A stretch of DNA of 64,000 bases from Hydrolagus colliei (GCA_035084275.1 CM068754.1:10168001-10232000), one strand, 5' to 3'; positions 25,801-40,770 are shown, counted from the stretch's first letter. Numbers and translations are program-made. Notes: generated by a model not told the origin, from the letters alone.

Positions 25801-28800
25801 CATCAAAGATATAGAGAATTGCATTACTAGTGACTCCACAGTGATTTTAGTTTGATAGTTAGTAACATAGAAGGTTTTGAAAACACATTCGAAAACTGAT
25901 ATTCCCCTGTTGAATATATAGTTTTGCTTTTCCACATTTCAACCAGTTATGGTGATGTAATAAGGTGTCTTATCAAAAATAATAACAAAATATTTCTGTT
26001 ATCCAGTCAGACAAATTGCTTTCAACCCTAGATTTGGAGATATTTAATTCTCTTTTATTTGAAGTTTTTTTTAAATCAAAGCATTAGGTACAGGTACATC
26101 ACCAATGTATATTAACTATTTCAGCCTGATAGCTTGCCAAGTATGCGTCAGAAATCAATAAAAATCAGGAAAGTAATTTTGAAAATTTCAGGTAATGATG
26201 TTTAAAAGCAAATCATTTTCATGTTAATTTCCTTCACAAGCTTAGTGATGCAGTTTGCTGACTTATATTATTCTGTGAGTTTAAGTCTTTCAATTTAAAA
26301 CTCTTCTGTTCCTGGCCTCCATTTAGGGATGTTGAGTCATTGAGCTGTGGGCCCATATGGCAGATGCAGCATATTTTATTTGGCACTCAGCTCAGACTAT
26401 TCTACATCTTCATCCAACTTCTCAAGTAGTTTCAGAGTTTCCACCTTTCTCAAAATACTTGTGACAAAATATTTCCTGTTACCACATACCTTAGAGGTTC
26501 AACATAATCTGTGTTGCAGGGATGTGTTTTCTAGACCTTTGCATTCTGTACCTGTAGTAATTGATCTTAATTATGATTAACACTACAATCTTTTTGCAAA
26601 ATACAGCTAATTATCTCAATGCCAATACAACATAACAATTTTCATTGATATAGTGCCCTTCATGCGGGGTAGCAACTCAGAGCATGGGGCATGATGTTGA
26701 GTAAGAGGGAGAGAGGAGGTGACCATAAGCACAGTCAAAGAGGAAGGTCTTCAGGAGTGATCTGAATAAACTACGGTTAGCTTTGGCTAAGCAATATTTT
26801 GCTTGATGGTCATAGAATATATATGTTTCAAGAACGGGTAGAAAATTAAAAAAGGAATTCCAATATGGTGTGGTGACATTGTTTTGTGTGTGTTTGTATA
26901 TATATTACACTAAAATTGTGAAACCAGGCATTTCACAGAACTCATAACATTTTCAATGATTTTGTGAAATTACCGGTTTACAATTTTACCAAAACAATCA
27001 CGTTGGAATTGCCTAGGACTACATTGATTTAATTGAACAGCAATTTATCTAGTGTCAATCTCTGCAGTTCAAGGATTAGTAACCCATATATTTTACTGAT
27101 TTCAATCCTTCTCGGGGCACATAAAATAAAGGTGACTTTATGAAGAATTAATACCAATATTTAGAAACTATGTTGGGAGGGATATTTTCAGATGTTTAAT
27201 AGAAAGTACAACTTCCATTTAAGTGCACAAATAGATAGATATCTTGATGAAATTTATGGCCTTAAATCATGGAAATAATTCATTTGACCTACACAAATGA
27301 TGCGATAAAAATTGAATAAAAGTGAATCAAAACAATGCCCAACTGAAGTTTATATATTCTGGTACCCAGAGACCACTGTTAGAAATTGCAGGTGGAAGGG
27401 TGGTTACCGGATTTATGTGAGCTGCAATCCTACCCACTGTTGTACATAGAAACATAGAAAATACATGATGCATTAGGGCCATTATGTTGTGGCAGTATTT
27501 GCTTCTCCAAGCAGCCATCCATCCTAATCCCAATTGCCTGCTCTTTCTCCATATCCTGTAGTACCTTTCCTCTACATATGCTTGTCCAATTTTTTTTTAA
27601 ATGTCCCAATTCAGGTCCATTTTAACAGCCAGCCCTGGGAAATCATTCCATACCTCGCAATGCTTTGGGAGAAGTTCTTCTGAACTTTTCCTTTTCCTCC
27701 CGCCGTTGCTTATTCTCTGGACTCATAAAGAAGGGTTGTCATGGTGATCTCCCAGCGTTGTGTGGAAACATAACCCTGCATAAGTCACTGCCTTGCGGAG
27801 AGGAGGGGAGAACATATTTTTTGAAGAAACTAAAAAAAAACGGCATAATTCCATCAATACATTTATAAAATTTGGGATGTCTACTAACAGGGTTGTTAAT
27901 CATAATGTGAAATGTTGGCATATACTATATATATAAAATATATATGCACATACACTACAGAGGATTGTCGTGTTCAATCTGCTACAAAATGTTTTTCAAA
28001 AAGTACTCAACAAAGAAAAGATTTGTAATGCCAGACGGCAGTGATTTTTCCCAAAGAAATAAATCTCAAAGTAGACTGAAAAAAAAGTTGGTCATAATAA
28101 TCTATCTTCTATAACAGGGACCAGACACCACTTCTGGCTTCACTGATTCTGGTAAGTGTTAAATTATTCCACGACTCCATTTTCTATTACTTCACATATA
28201 ATGGTCTGAGCTTTTATACTTACACTTTGAGTATGGATTGTAATAATATATATTCAAGTTCTTTGAAGCTTGTCTAAATGTTGTTCCACAATGATTTGTT
28301 TTTTCATAAGTTCAACGCAGCTCTGTTTGATGTTCAGAATACTTGCAGAGTCTTACTGTAATATCATCCTTAGTTTATGCATGCTCCCATGTGAATTTAT
28401 GGCTCATTTAGACTGCTGGAGAGATTCGTCATTGCTTCCAGCAGTAGAGCAATGCGGAGTGGGAAACACGATTTATACACATATCCTGCACTAAAATCAT
28501 TCCCATTGGGGATGAAGGGAGTTCTGACTCAACCTGCGCTTTGCCTCTCCCTGTAAACAGTAGATCATTTTTTTAAAAAAATACATTTTTTAAAGAGTCA
28601 GGACTGCTGGTTGTCTAATAACATTCAAATGAGCTACAGCACAAACCCAAATTGTAATGCAGGCAGACAATGGCATTTTGAGAATGACAACTGCAGATTT
28701 GGGGAGCAGGCCTCCGAATAGAATCAGTACTTTTAAACTTGATTTATATTGTAATTTTTAGAGTACACTTGGAAGTAAAACCAGCATGATATCTGTGCTG

Positions 28801-31279
28801 GATAAAAATATTTTTTTACATTGGTTTCCTTCATATCTATGGCCTTGGGGCAACGCTAGTAGATGCCACGGTAATCTCGGAGTTTGTGGTTTGTTCTCAC
28901 TTTGCCTAATAGTTGAATAAAGTAAAGATGACCAAGTTCAGCAATTACAAAAATACCAGGAATAGAGCTCCGAATGGTGCAATTGATGTGGAGAAATTAT
29001 TGCTCATGTAGAAATCACCTTCTCATGAATGTAAATCTTTAATTCTCAATAAATAAATGTGATAATCTTTATCAAATGCAAGGAATAATTTGATTGCTCT
29101 TCCCGTGGGTGTGTCTAAGAGGCTTGATTAATATTATTTATGAAGTTTATGCATAGTGCAGAAGGCAGTGCACAAAATAAAAAAATAGTGGAGAAGAATA
29201 AATCGATTAGATGGATCATTCAGCATAATGTAATATACTGTAATATGGCTTATGACCTTGAAGTCGGACAGCATAATTACTTTCATATAGTTCTCTGCTG
29301 ATGGAAATTATGAGGTAACTCTACAGAGGAAAAAAACCCAAGACGTTCCTTCCCTTCACAAGTTGTTCTGTCACTAGTTTATGACATTCTCTCTGTTCTA
29401 CAACACTGGATAATTCCTGCTTATTTTGTGTTGGTCCCTTAGAACAAATCTGAGTACAGTAGTGGTGTTGTAGACAGTCCGCATTGAACCACAATCCTGA
29501 GTACCGATGGTGTTCAGAAGTATTGTTTTCTCATGGTGACTGCGAATGACTGTTGGTGAAATTATTCATCTGCTATATTGGTCATGACAGCGGCTGAATA
29601 CAAATGAAGTTAAAGAGAAATGGGGAGAGTATAAGAACATATTCATATCATCTCCACGAAAGGATATAGTCCCTTTTCTTGCTAATATGAAAACCGCTGC
29701 ATGCTGGGTCTCCAGACCATAAGAGACATTCAGAATAGAAGTCTTAATGGGTTTATCATTGTTAGCTCGTCACAGAGGGGATATGTAATCAGCATTCTTC
29801 ACCTCCTGTGCGCAGGTTGCAATGCTGAAATGTGTCTCATAACCTCAGTACGAATTATGCCTTTGCAATCTTTCTGTTAATTTCATGTTGAAAGTACTTT
29901 ATTTCTCACTCGTCCACTCTTCTGTTGCTCCCATTTTGTATTTATGCCTCACTATTAATAGTGCATGATGTACATTGGCCACAATTTGCACTCAAGCAGC
30001 CACATATATGTTTACTGCAGACAGCAATAATGAAACCAGACATACATCAAGCTGTAGAGTCTCAGAGTTTGGGATGTAACTCTATTAGCTGAATCAACTA
30101 AAATGTAATTAAGTGAAAGGTAATTGACATTGATTCTATTATGCAATACTTGTTATATTGCAGAAAATAATTTAAAACAGTTAGAGATTTCACAATTGGC
30201 AAGTATAATTCTCAGAATACTTAGCCTGCTGCAAGTCTTTGTGCAAAATTAAAAATGGTTCATGAAGGTGTTATAGAAAATATTGTAAATTTGGACCAAG
30301 TATTTGTGCAAATGATAATAAATCTTGTCTAAAATGAACTGATGTAATGGGATCTATAAATTGTCTTCTAGAAATCCTACAATATCTGTAGACCACATCG
30401 CCAGAGAAAATTCAAGTCAAGACCAGGATGCTAGACTATTTTTATGAAAACGTCTGGTGCGTAACATGAAGATGGTAGTGTGGGAAGAATGAAATTAAGT
30501 GGGCTGAATATGTATCTGTGCTGTAGTCTTGTGATGGAATGTATTAATGTAGTTTTTTTGTTAATTGTCATGTATTTCATGCCATAAATAATACTGTTAT
30601 TACATTAAATGTATTTCATGCATTGGGCAAATTGCATGGTATTAGTACATTTTATTAATAGCAACACAGATTTTATATATTGAGGCACATTTAGTCAGAA
30701 TTGTTATTCTACTAGGAAAATGAACTGAGAACTTGTCCCTTGAGATTTTAATCTATCGTATTCCATATTTGGAAGCCATGAACTCATATTTAATATTTTT
30801 GTTCAACAGATCCTTTTTATATTTACAAATGTTGTCTGACAGTTTTTAAAAATCAATATTTAAATATAATGATATGTGACAGGCTAGTTGTGAAAACATT
30901 ACTTTTCAAGACTTGGCACTAGACAAATAAATGCTGGATTAAGGAAATAGTTAAAGTTCTAAAAACAATAATTCAGTACATGTCCAACAAATCTTGAGAA
31001 GATTCATTGGAATGTTTTTTAATCTACTGTAATAATACAGCTGCTAGAAAAGCAAATGACACGTGAAATGTGCCTTGCAGAAATAATAACATTTTGATTT
31101 GTGGATATTAGAATAGACAAGTGAAAGTAAATGTTTATAATCATTCTTGAACTATTTTTCTGTTTTGTTTTCAAGATCACAAAGGAGCATTCTGATAAAG
31201 AAGACTATTCAATCCATTCAATCTTGTTCTTCCAGAACACTCTCCCTATCATCTACCGCTTTCACTGTGAATCCTTTAT

Positions 31280-31638
31280 CTTATTGATTAGAGCACTCGC
31301 CTCGCAAGCGAGAGTACCTGGGTTTGATTCCCGGCAGGGCAAAATATTAGGCAGGTTTCCTTACTCCACACACCTCTGTTTGCCTAGCAGTAAGTAGGAA
31401 CCCGCCTGTTAGTCAATTGGTGGATCGCTTTTCTGGAGGCAATAATTGCTTCATAATAAATAAAAATAATTTGGTAACTCAATCGATAACTGTTTGGGGT
31501 ACAATGCTGTGCACAATTGGCTGCAGTGTTGCGTCGACAAAATATAGTAAATTCACTTTACAGTACATTCTGTATGCGCTTCGAGATGCCTCGAAAACAT
31601 GCTAAGTGCTATATCAAATACAAGGATTCTTCTTCTTA
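31280..31638 (+). mobile_element. Near full-length tRNA-derived SINE, long variant
   Basis: tRNA-like head agagcactcgcctcgcaagcgag...ggtttgattcc (B box), central segment, family 3' tail. Confidence 0.88.
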
Positions 31639-32794
31639 TCAAACTGTTTCTTAATTGCATCTAGCATCCTGACCTTAACCACCTTTCCTTCCTGCCAGGA
31701 GCGAATCGAAGGATTGAGGTGGGAGGGGGAAGGGGATAGGTTTTGGCCCACTCCCCATTCACCCCCTCCCAATATGGCTCAGATTGGCGGGCAGGGCTGT
31801 CAGTCATCAGTGGGCAGCATGTGAGAGACTAAAAATGGCAACACAATCAAAAACAGGTGGGGGTAAGTGTGTCAGTTTCTGCCAACCTCAGCTGACCTCA
31901 AATCGCAAAGTGACTAAGGAGGGAGATGGTTCATGAGCTGACTCAGTAACTGACTCAACCACTGCATCCTGGTAACCTGTTCCAATAGAGGCTTCTTAGC
32001 TTTTCATGTTTAGGTTTTATGTTTACTGAACTTTACACATGTTCTTAGCAGTTATGCCTCTAAAGTGTGAATTCTGTGACAAATCTGTACAGCTAATTAT
32101 TTCCAAAGTTTATGTTAGAGAGTCCATATCATTTTTAAAGATCACCTGCATTTAAAGTGATGAGTCAAACTCCCCTGGTCCTGCGGTGAAGCATCTGGAC
32201 TTAAAGGATGAAGTAAGTCTCCGAGACTGCGGACTGGAAGTGATTTCATTGAACTGAAATGCAGATGGATTAATTCCAGTACTGTAAAGTCAACATGGAT
32301 GTGCATTGGCTACACCACAGCATTTATTACTGCAGTCTGGATCAGGTTTTGATGAAGTAATTTCCCTTGAGTTTAGCACTTACACAACAAACAGGGCGTC
32401 CTGTACTTGAGTTTGGTCTGTTTCTTTTCCTTGAATTAAATTGGCTTTCATCAATTTCACATGGGATTCCAAGAATGGGCAGATTTTCAAACAAAGCACA
32501 TGTGTTTTGTGGCATAAAAGCCCAAACAATTGGACGCATAAAATTAGATTCCCTTCATCTGGTTTAAGTGATGGAATTAATAACAAATGATATAACACTC
32601 TACATAGGCATATTCAGATTAAACCAAGGATGGATGAGTGCTTGAATCATTCTTAGACCATCTTACAGTGGCTGTGTCACAAATGAATGTGCACCAGTAT
32701 CGTAGTCAAAATATTGCCAGCTATCATTGTGAGACAGGTTGTTTAATTCTTTTAATTATAATCAAACAATAGTAACTTCACGGTGTAAATGAAC

Positions 32795-33110
32795 ATCAAC
32801 AACAGATTGCATTTATATACTGCATTTCACATCAGGTGCTGGACAGTCAAGGGTTTGCACCTGAGCAAGGGTTTGGAGTCAAGACGGGTGGAGGGCAAGG
32901 GAGATTGAGGTGGGAGGATGACCAAAAGCACAGTCAAAGTGGAAAGTTTTGAGACAGGCTTTGAAGGATGCAATGGAGGAGGTGAGGAAAAGGGAATCCT
33001 GGTTGACGTTCCGGTGGATAGGACAGAAAGGCTGAAGGCCTAACCACCTCTGATGGTCGGTCCGGGCAGAGTGGGGGATATGGAGCAAGCCAGTGTCCAC
33101 TGAACAGGGA
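32795..33110 (-). mobile_element. Decayed L2 LINE 3' fragment
   Basis: Similar to 4683-5000 (aaagcacagtcaaagtggaaagttttgagacaggcttgaagg...ggctgaagg). Confidence 0.65.
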
Positions 33111-35628
33111 GAGGACAGATAGATAAGGTGATGAATGTAGCTAATTATACATATTTTGAGAGTTTAACATTAATTTGTAAGTTAAATGTCAGAAAAATCA
33201 TCATTATACTTGGTAAACTACATGCATATAACTGAATATTGTTTGTGCGGATGCCAGTCTGATGTGGGCCTATCCAAGGTTGCCGTTGCCAAAGCCACAT
33301 TACATTGAACAAACTGTTATATTTTCCTCCTTGGAAATGTGTAGCTTATTCAGTTTTACTATTTCAGTTATTATCAAAACATTCCATCATACTGCTACAT
33401 TCCTTTTCTATTAGGGTAGGGTTGGGCCTACAGGGTTCAAAACGATTTTACTTATGGGATTTGGCTGGAAGTCCAACCCAGACGTATGGAATTAAGACTA
33501 CTTTCCAAGATCTATTACAAATCCTTAGTAAAATAAGTCTAGGTCATTTCAATACCATTCTGAATTGAAATGGGTCCACAAAATTCACTGCTCCTAAATG
33601 CAGCATTATGTCTATAGTACACGCTGTTATTAAATGTTTCAGATGGAACCTGCAAGAATTTTACGTAGAGAAACCCTGGACTGTTATCCCTGGGATGCGG
33701 AAGGACTTCAATAGATTAAAAATATATGTTTGTCCAAATATTTATGGTCCAATCTAGAATTAAATGTTTCATCTTGCATTCAGACTTCATTGCTGCTTAC
33801 GCATTTGATTTTCCTTTTGTGTTTAATTATCAATTGAGGCACATTTTATACACAATTTATGTACACTTTGTGCATTATTTGTGATGACCTCCAGATGTCA
33901 ACTGCATCTGAGATGCAGAAACATACAGCCCATTTTACTGAAGAAACAAACATACAGGCCATTTTATCCACATGTTATTGTTATTCTTAATACTGCTGGG
34001 AGTACTAAAAATGCAAGATGTCATTGTTTAATATAAAAAAACAAAATTAAAGAATTGCAACTGGTCTTTGTAATAAGGGTTGGCATATGTTTGGGTTGTT
34101 TATACCTTCTTTAAGACGCAATATGGATTACAGAGCCAAATGCATCAGTGCTTTGTTTCATTTACTCATGGTAGCATCGTACACACTTGATGTGATAAAT
34201 AATAATAACAATCCTTGCATTTGAAATAGCATCTTATAACATCTTTGAGCCATCTCCAAGCATTGACAGAATATGCTGTGAAGTGAATTGACTGCATATT
34301 TTGTGGCCAAATGGCGGCAGCCAATTTGTTTGTACGTTATGTTCATAATATGTCTTGTGGCACCTTTCCTCACATGACCTCTGAGGGAGGAAGGTGAGGC
34401 TTTCTCATAAGAAGGGCCTTGCAAACCAGTAATACAATCTTATTGATGTGATACTGTATTGTTTCACAACATGTTGTGATGATACTGCTTTATTTGAGTA
34501 AACAAAACAAAAAAATACAGTACAGTGCTACAAAGACAAATCCAATATTAAATCTAAGAACAACCCACATCAGAGCAGATGAAATTTTAATATTTTCTTT
34601 ACAATGAAGTGCATTTGAAAATACAGATCATAAAACCAAATGATTTAAATGATTAGGTGAAAACTCAAGGCTACTCTTGCTACTAAGAGTTTTGATAGGT
34701 ATTAGCGATGCTGTGTCTACTAGGCAGGGTTTTCAATACCAACTGTTGAGATTTGCAGTGTTGATTTAATGCAAATATCTTCCATTATCTTTTAGCTCCC
34801 CATCTAGGTGATTAAACCTGATTGACTGAGCCAATAGACAGAGTAGACTGACATGTATCAATCAATAGGAAATAGCTTTGTGTTTTAGAAATCTTTGATA
34901 AACATATTATGCTATTAAAGAGGATTCTGATGATGATGGTAAGTGGATTCTTTTAGTGTTGTAATGTCTTCCATGTGTGAAAGTGGTGAGGATGGAGCAG
35001 GAAACTGCTTACAGTCTAGCATCTGGGATCAGGTCTGATCAAAGCAATTGTTTGAAACCGTAATATTAACAACAAAAACTTGATAGTAATGTAACAAACT
35101 ATAGTTAAAGGAAAACTAATCTTGGATGCTTTACCAATGCATCAATTTTTGACCAAAAGTATATCAATGCATCAAAAATTAAATGAAAACAACTAAAATT
35201 GGACAATTTTTAAACCTCTTATCTTGCAAGCCATAGTCCAAGCTGATTGTATGTCAGACTCCTAATAGATTTCTCAAAATCCATATAAACAGTTGCAGCG
35301 AATCTCTATGGTAGGACTAGCACAGTAATAATAATAATAATAATCCTTGCAATTGATATCAGGCCTTTGAGACTTCGCAAAGCACTTTAGTGTGAAAAAA
35401 AGGCGAAATAATTGTTAACTTCAACAGACTGAAAAGCATTAGGCGTCACAGCTAAGGAATTCTTCCATAGACTGCAAACATAGCAACCGTTTAATTATAT
35501 ACCAAACACCTTGGATTGAAATATTCATTGTACAATCATTTCCTAATTCTAAACAAAGTGTTATCTCCAGGAATGTTGTTGCCCAAGATTGTTGTTATGT
35601 GTGGAAATAAGCCAGTTGACAAGCATTG

Positions 35629-36325
35629 ATAATAATAATCCTTGCATTTGATGTAGTGCCTCATCAAGTCTTCGAGATATCTCAAAGAGCTTCACAGAAT
35701 ATACTGTAAATAATAATAATCCTTTGCATTTGATATAAGGCTTTTCACTTCTAGATGTCTCAAGGTGCTTCACAGAATATACTGTAAAGTGAATTGACTG
35801 TATATTTTGTGTTGGCGAAACGCAGCAACCAATTGTGCACAGCAGTGTCCCACAAACAGTTGTGGATTGAGATGACCAATTTTTTTTGGATGGATTATTA
35901 TCAGGCATGTGGAGTAAGAAAAGCAGTGTAACGTAAGGGAAGGTTTCACCCTGCCTAGAATCGAACCCAGGTTTCTTGCTTGCAAGGCGAGTGCTCTAAT
36001 CACTGAACTACAGGTTTCCTAAAGTGGATTGACTGTATATTTTGTGGGTGAAACACAGCAGCCAATTGTGCACTGCAGTGACCCACACAAACAGTAGTGG
36101 ATTGAAGTGATCAATTTATTATTATTATTATTGTTATATTTGGAGGAATTATTGCCCCCGGAAAATTAATCTGTCAGTTGACTAACAACTGGGTTCCTAT
36201 TTACTGCTAGGTAAATGGAAGTATGTGGAGTAAGGATACATGTGGAATATTTTGTCCTGCCGGGATTTGACCCTGGCCCTCTCACTTGCGAGGCAAGTGC
36301 TCCAACCAATGAGTTACAGGACTCC
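35629..36325 (-). mobile_element. Nested SINEs: short-variant SINE (35711-36019) inserted in a long-variant SINE
   Basis: Two tRNA-like heads (about 35950-36019 and 36255-36325) and two tails; the outer element is interrupted at taaa, which is duplicated at 35707-35710 and 36020-36023. Confidence 0.85.
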
Positions 36326-38724
36326 AAATGGCTTGGCAGTCACAGAATGAGCATACTAAGAGTGGTGGGGGGAGGGATTGCAGAAGAAAATAGAAGCACT
36401 TCCATGAACAAAATACGTTGAATTAAAAACTACAGAAGCAAATAAATTAAGATCTTATTATAAAATAAGATCCATGTTATCCTAGGTAACTTTCCTGTAT
36501 GTGGGTATATCTTATAGCAAACTACCCTGCCTGATTAATTGATTGTTTCCTTATACTTCCCAATGCAATCTCCCTTCTGTATAAATAAGCAAATAACCAA
36601 ATACAGGGTGAAAAGTGTAATCACAATCTGATAACACCAAGGTTCAGAGTTAATGAAATTACTACACATGTTATTGAATACTTGGGGTTTTCTAGTAAAT
36701 CAATAACACAAATGTGTTCAAACAGAAAGCAAAAATCATTGACAGAAGCTACTGTTTATACAGTAATAGACCTTAAAACTGCTGATAAAATTACAGCAAT
36801 TGTGTTTTTTCATCCGGAGATGATTGAGGAGCTCTTAGTGATATTCTAACGACTTGAGTTTTGATGTTGCATTACGGTGACATCAGAAAATAATTTAAAA
36901 ATACTTGAATAACAAAACTCTTTCAGTCAAAGTCCAGGAGGTCTGCGTTTACATGGTGGAAGTGCTTTAATCAAGATTAATTTTTCCATTTCTCGGAAAC
37001 TGGAGCTCTTCCTGAGTTTCTCTTAGTTCTTTCATATGAATGAATTATCAAATTACATGGCAGTTTTAGGAGGAAAACAAATTAAACCATCATGGATCAT
37101 TACAATAAAAGTTACATTTAACCCCTTCGTTACAATGTGCACGTTTCTGAAATCTTAAGTCATTCCAACTCCTTTGGGAGCTTTTCTGTTCCATGTAACA
37201 TTAACTATTATTTATTATTGTCTGCTTGGTCATTTTCATGATTTTTTACTCTGGTGCGCTTACATAAATGATTCTAGTACAATTAATGAACGTATATGTA
37301 ACATGAGGTTAAACGATACAACAACTTGCACTTATGGAGCGCTCGCCATGCCGGGTAGAGTCTCACAGCACTTGAAATAAAAGATATAAAGTGAGATGCC
37401 CCTGGAACCATATCATTTATGCACATGACCAAGATGGTTGAAATGTCAAACACCAACCAAGATGTTTATTGAGTGCAAATCCCACATCATTTAATTCACC
37501 ACAAGAAGCACAGAGATCAGAGTAAACCTGTTTGAGAGAGCAAGTGATATTGATTGTGACAGAGTGAGAAAAGTAGAGCTCGTTTTTGGGGCAGCACTAC
37601 AAAATATGCAGTCAATTCACTTTAGAGTATATTCTGTAAGGGAATGAGATCAATAATAAAAGGGTCAAATGGTGAGAATTTCACCCAAGATGGATAGAAG
37701 TCCAGGCTGTGTTTTGGTGAACTGTAAAAGTATTTTTTATTATTTTAAATGTAGTTTGTACTCAGCCGTTAGGCCACTTATCACTTATTCCTTCTAAGGT
37801 GCTTGCCAATGCAATGTGAACATTTAATATTAGAGCAGGTTTACTGATTAAAAGGTAAATGAACTATCCGTTAGTACATGAAGTAAATAGACCCAAGTGA
37901 CTAGAGTACCACATTTTTATGTAGGAGTTTGAGTTTATTAACTGCGACTCAAATTCAGACCTAAACAATTTAAAGAACCCTTCAATATCCTATTGCAATT
38001 ATTGTTCCTCTATCGTCTGTTCAATGTGGTAAACATTGAGTAATGCAGAGCAGTAGATATCTGGGGGCGATTACATGATTGTAATTTAATTGAGGGGTGC
38101 AGATGGCATCATGAATCACTAAACAAGACTGCAGCCCTCGAACCTGTAATTATTTGGAGCATAATTGTTTGATTTTTATGTGCTATTTTGGGTTTAGCTA
38201 GTTTGTGTGCCAGTTATAGCTTCCGTTGCAAATGTAAACTGGCACTGACCTCCCCGCTCCTCTTCCTCAATGCACAATAAAATCCACAAAATTCTTATGA
38301 TCTGTAATTTCATTACCACAGGTTTATCCAGGAATTGCTTCATTTGGTTCCTATGGAATGCTGTGTCCAGTGTGCAGTGCAAAAATATTAACACATACCT
38401 GCAAGCACATTACAGTGCTCTTAAAACAATGGGAAGGGCTTCTGATAACCTCATGAGGTGTAGTGTAGTAGGAATGTGTAGTTTAATCAAAGTTGTCTGA
38501 ACGTAAGAGAGTTTACTGCAGTTCTGTACCCTCTATTTCACAAAAAAATCATTATTTTGGATTGTCTTTCAGCATTTTTGCTACACTTGCACCTTCCATT
38601 TTAATTTTGTCATATAGCTTGACTGACAACATCTACCAACAATATTTCAGCATCAATTGACAGGAAAATGTCCATTGTTAAACAGTATTTTTTTAATCTC
38701 TTTTATGTGGGAACCCTGTAATTA

Positions 38725-39035
38725 ATAATTATAATCATAATAATAAACGTTGCATTTAATACAGTGTTTTCACATCTTCTAGGTATCTCAAAGTGCTTCA
38801 TAGAATATATACTGTAAACTTAATTTACTGTATGTATGTGGCCGAAATGCGTCAGTCAATTGCCCGCAGCAGTGTCCCACAAACAGTCGTGAATTGAAAT
38901 GACCATTCTTTTTTGAGGTATTATTATCAGGTGTGTGGAGTAAGGAAACTTGCCCAAGGTTTTGCCATGCCTGGAATCAAACCCAGTTCTTTCACTTGTA
39001 AAGCGAATGCTCTAACCAGTGAGCTACAGGACGCC
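38725..39035 (-). mobile_element. Full-length tRNA-derived SINE, short variant
   Basis: Minus strand begins GGCGTCCTGTAGCTCACTGGTTAGAGC (A box)...GGTTTGATTCC (B box), then family body and tail. Confidence 0.88.
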
Positions 39036-40547
39036 ACGTTATATTTAAAATCACAATTTAAAATGTAAAACTTCATTCATATCAATTGTATATTTATATC
39101 TGCTTGTGCTTTTCATAAATTAATTTCCCAGTAATCAAAGTGTAGTTACATATGCTAAGGTATGCCAAATCTATGACCAATTCTACTGTGCCGTGGTAGA
39201 AAGAAGGACATAATATGGAGGGGGAAACTATACCCAAATATCTTCCAGAGAAATAACAGCTGATATTTGGTATTTCATGGCACACTGAAATAAGTGGCAA
39301 CACTATAAATATGTTTGAATGTAAATCAGATCGCTATAAAACATAAACCAAGTGCTAGAAACGTCAGCTCATTTTATATTTGATTTTTGCACTTTGACAC
39401 ATTCACTGAGTGCCCCCCAAATGCTGGTAATCCTTTATGAATTGAAACAAGATGACGAGAGAGTGTCCTATTTCGATCAGTAAGGTTGGCAATGAGCTCC
39501 TTCAGATTTCAAATCAATTCCATGGGAAGTTAAAGCCAAGTTTTGCAGGAACATCATTTATAAGACTGCCAGCCTTGCTTCATAATCATGCTCCCTTCAG
39601 TTCCAGCTCACTCAACCCTACCATGTTTTAACATGCTTTACTCACAAGTTGTATTGGGGGTTGAATTAATCTCAGAAGAGAGGAGGTGAAGAGATTGTTA
39701 GTATTTAATTATTTTTTCAGGATGTGATGAATATGGGGAATGGACTATCGATGCGTGGCGACAGATGAGTCAGCAAATTGAAGAGGATTAAGATGATTAA
39801 TTCACAAAAAAAAGAATAGTATGAGAGATGGAGTATGCATTTTTTTTAAATTTAAGACTGACCAATTAGACTGCAGCTTTCTTTTGGGTTCTGAAGATTG
39901 TTGTGTTCCAGTACAAATACATTGCCCCAAAGGCACAGATTTGCTGAGAATTTTAGCACCAGTCATAAAAGGTCAGCATAATAAAACTCAATGAAGCAGC
40001 ACAGGTCAAACTTATGAACTGTAAAACAACAGGAGTTTAAACTTTTATTCCAAGACATTCCAATGTTTTCATGCATCGATAATCCAACAAAGATGTTTGC
40101 TACTTGTTAGTTCTTATTCTAGATCATTTCATTCCTTTCAATTGAAAAAGTGCAGTGGTTCCCATCTGGTGTGCAAAGATCAGTGGAGTTGATTTAAAGA
40201 GTCTGCTTTTCAGAAATATTTGCATTTACCAATATGTGTGAAGGGTGCTGTATAAATACAAGTTGCTGTGGATGTCTCAACCAAAAGCTGCTGAACGTTT
40301 CTTCCAATTTTAATGAATGTGAGTACGGTAAAAGTAGTCCACTCATTTGACATTTGTTTGCTAAGTGGAAGCCTGGTGGTATTACAAGTTCTTCGGTCAC
40401 AGCAGCAAGGTTTGCATGTGTGAGGGTAAGGAGATCAATTATCCCACCAGAAAAGAGTCAACTTGAAGATGACCAAGGAATTAAGAGAAAGGCTGAGCTT
40501 CACTATTTTTTCCACCGTTGTTTAAAAGCTCTGTGGCTTTAGATATA

Positions 40548-40770
40548 TTACAACAAATGATATTTATATAGTCCATTTCATTTCAGGAGGACATCCCAAG
40601 GCACTGGACAGTTAGGGATCTGCACCTGGTTGGGATGGAGGGAAGGGGGAGGGAAGTCAAGATTAGGAAAGGTGACCGAAGGCATGAACAAAGAGGAGGT
40701 CTTGAGACGGGTCTTAAAGAAGGCAAAGGGGGTGGGGTGGGGGGGGGCATGGGGGGGTGGATATCAGGCA
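40548..40770 (-). mobile_element. L2 LINE 3' end
   Basis: ggaggacatcccaaggcactggacag...aagaggaggtcttgagacgggtcttaaag. Confidence 0.7.

Noticed and set aside
35950-36019. tRNA-Ala-like sequence with A and B boxes (also about 31285-31340, 36255-36325, 38965-39035)
   Set aside because: These are SINE heads attached to the SINE body and tail and diverged between copies; not tRNA genes.
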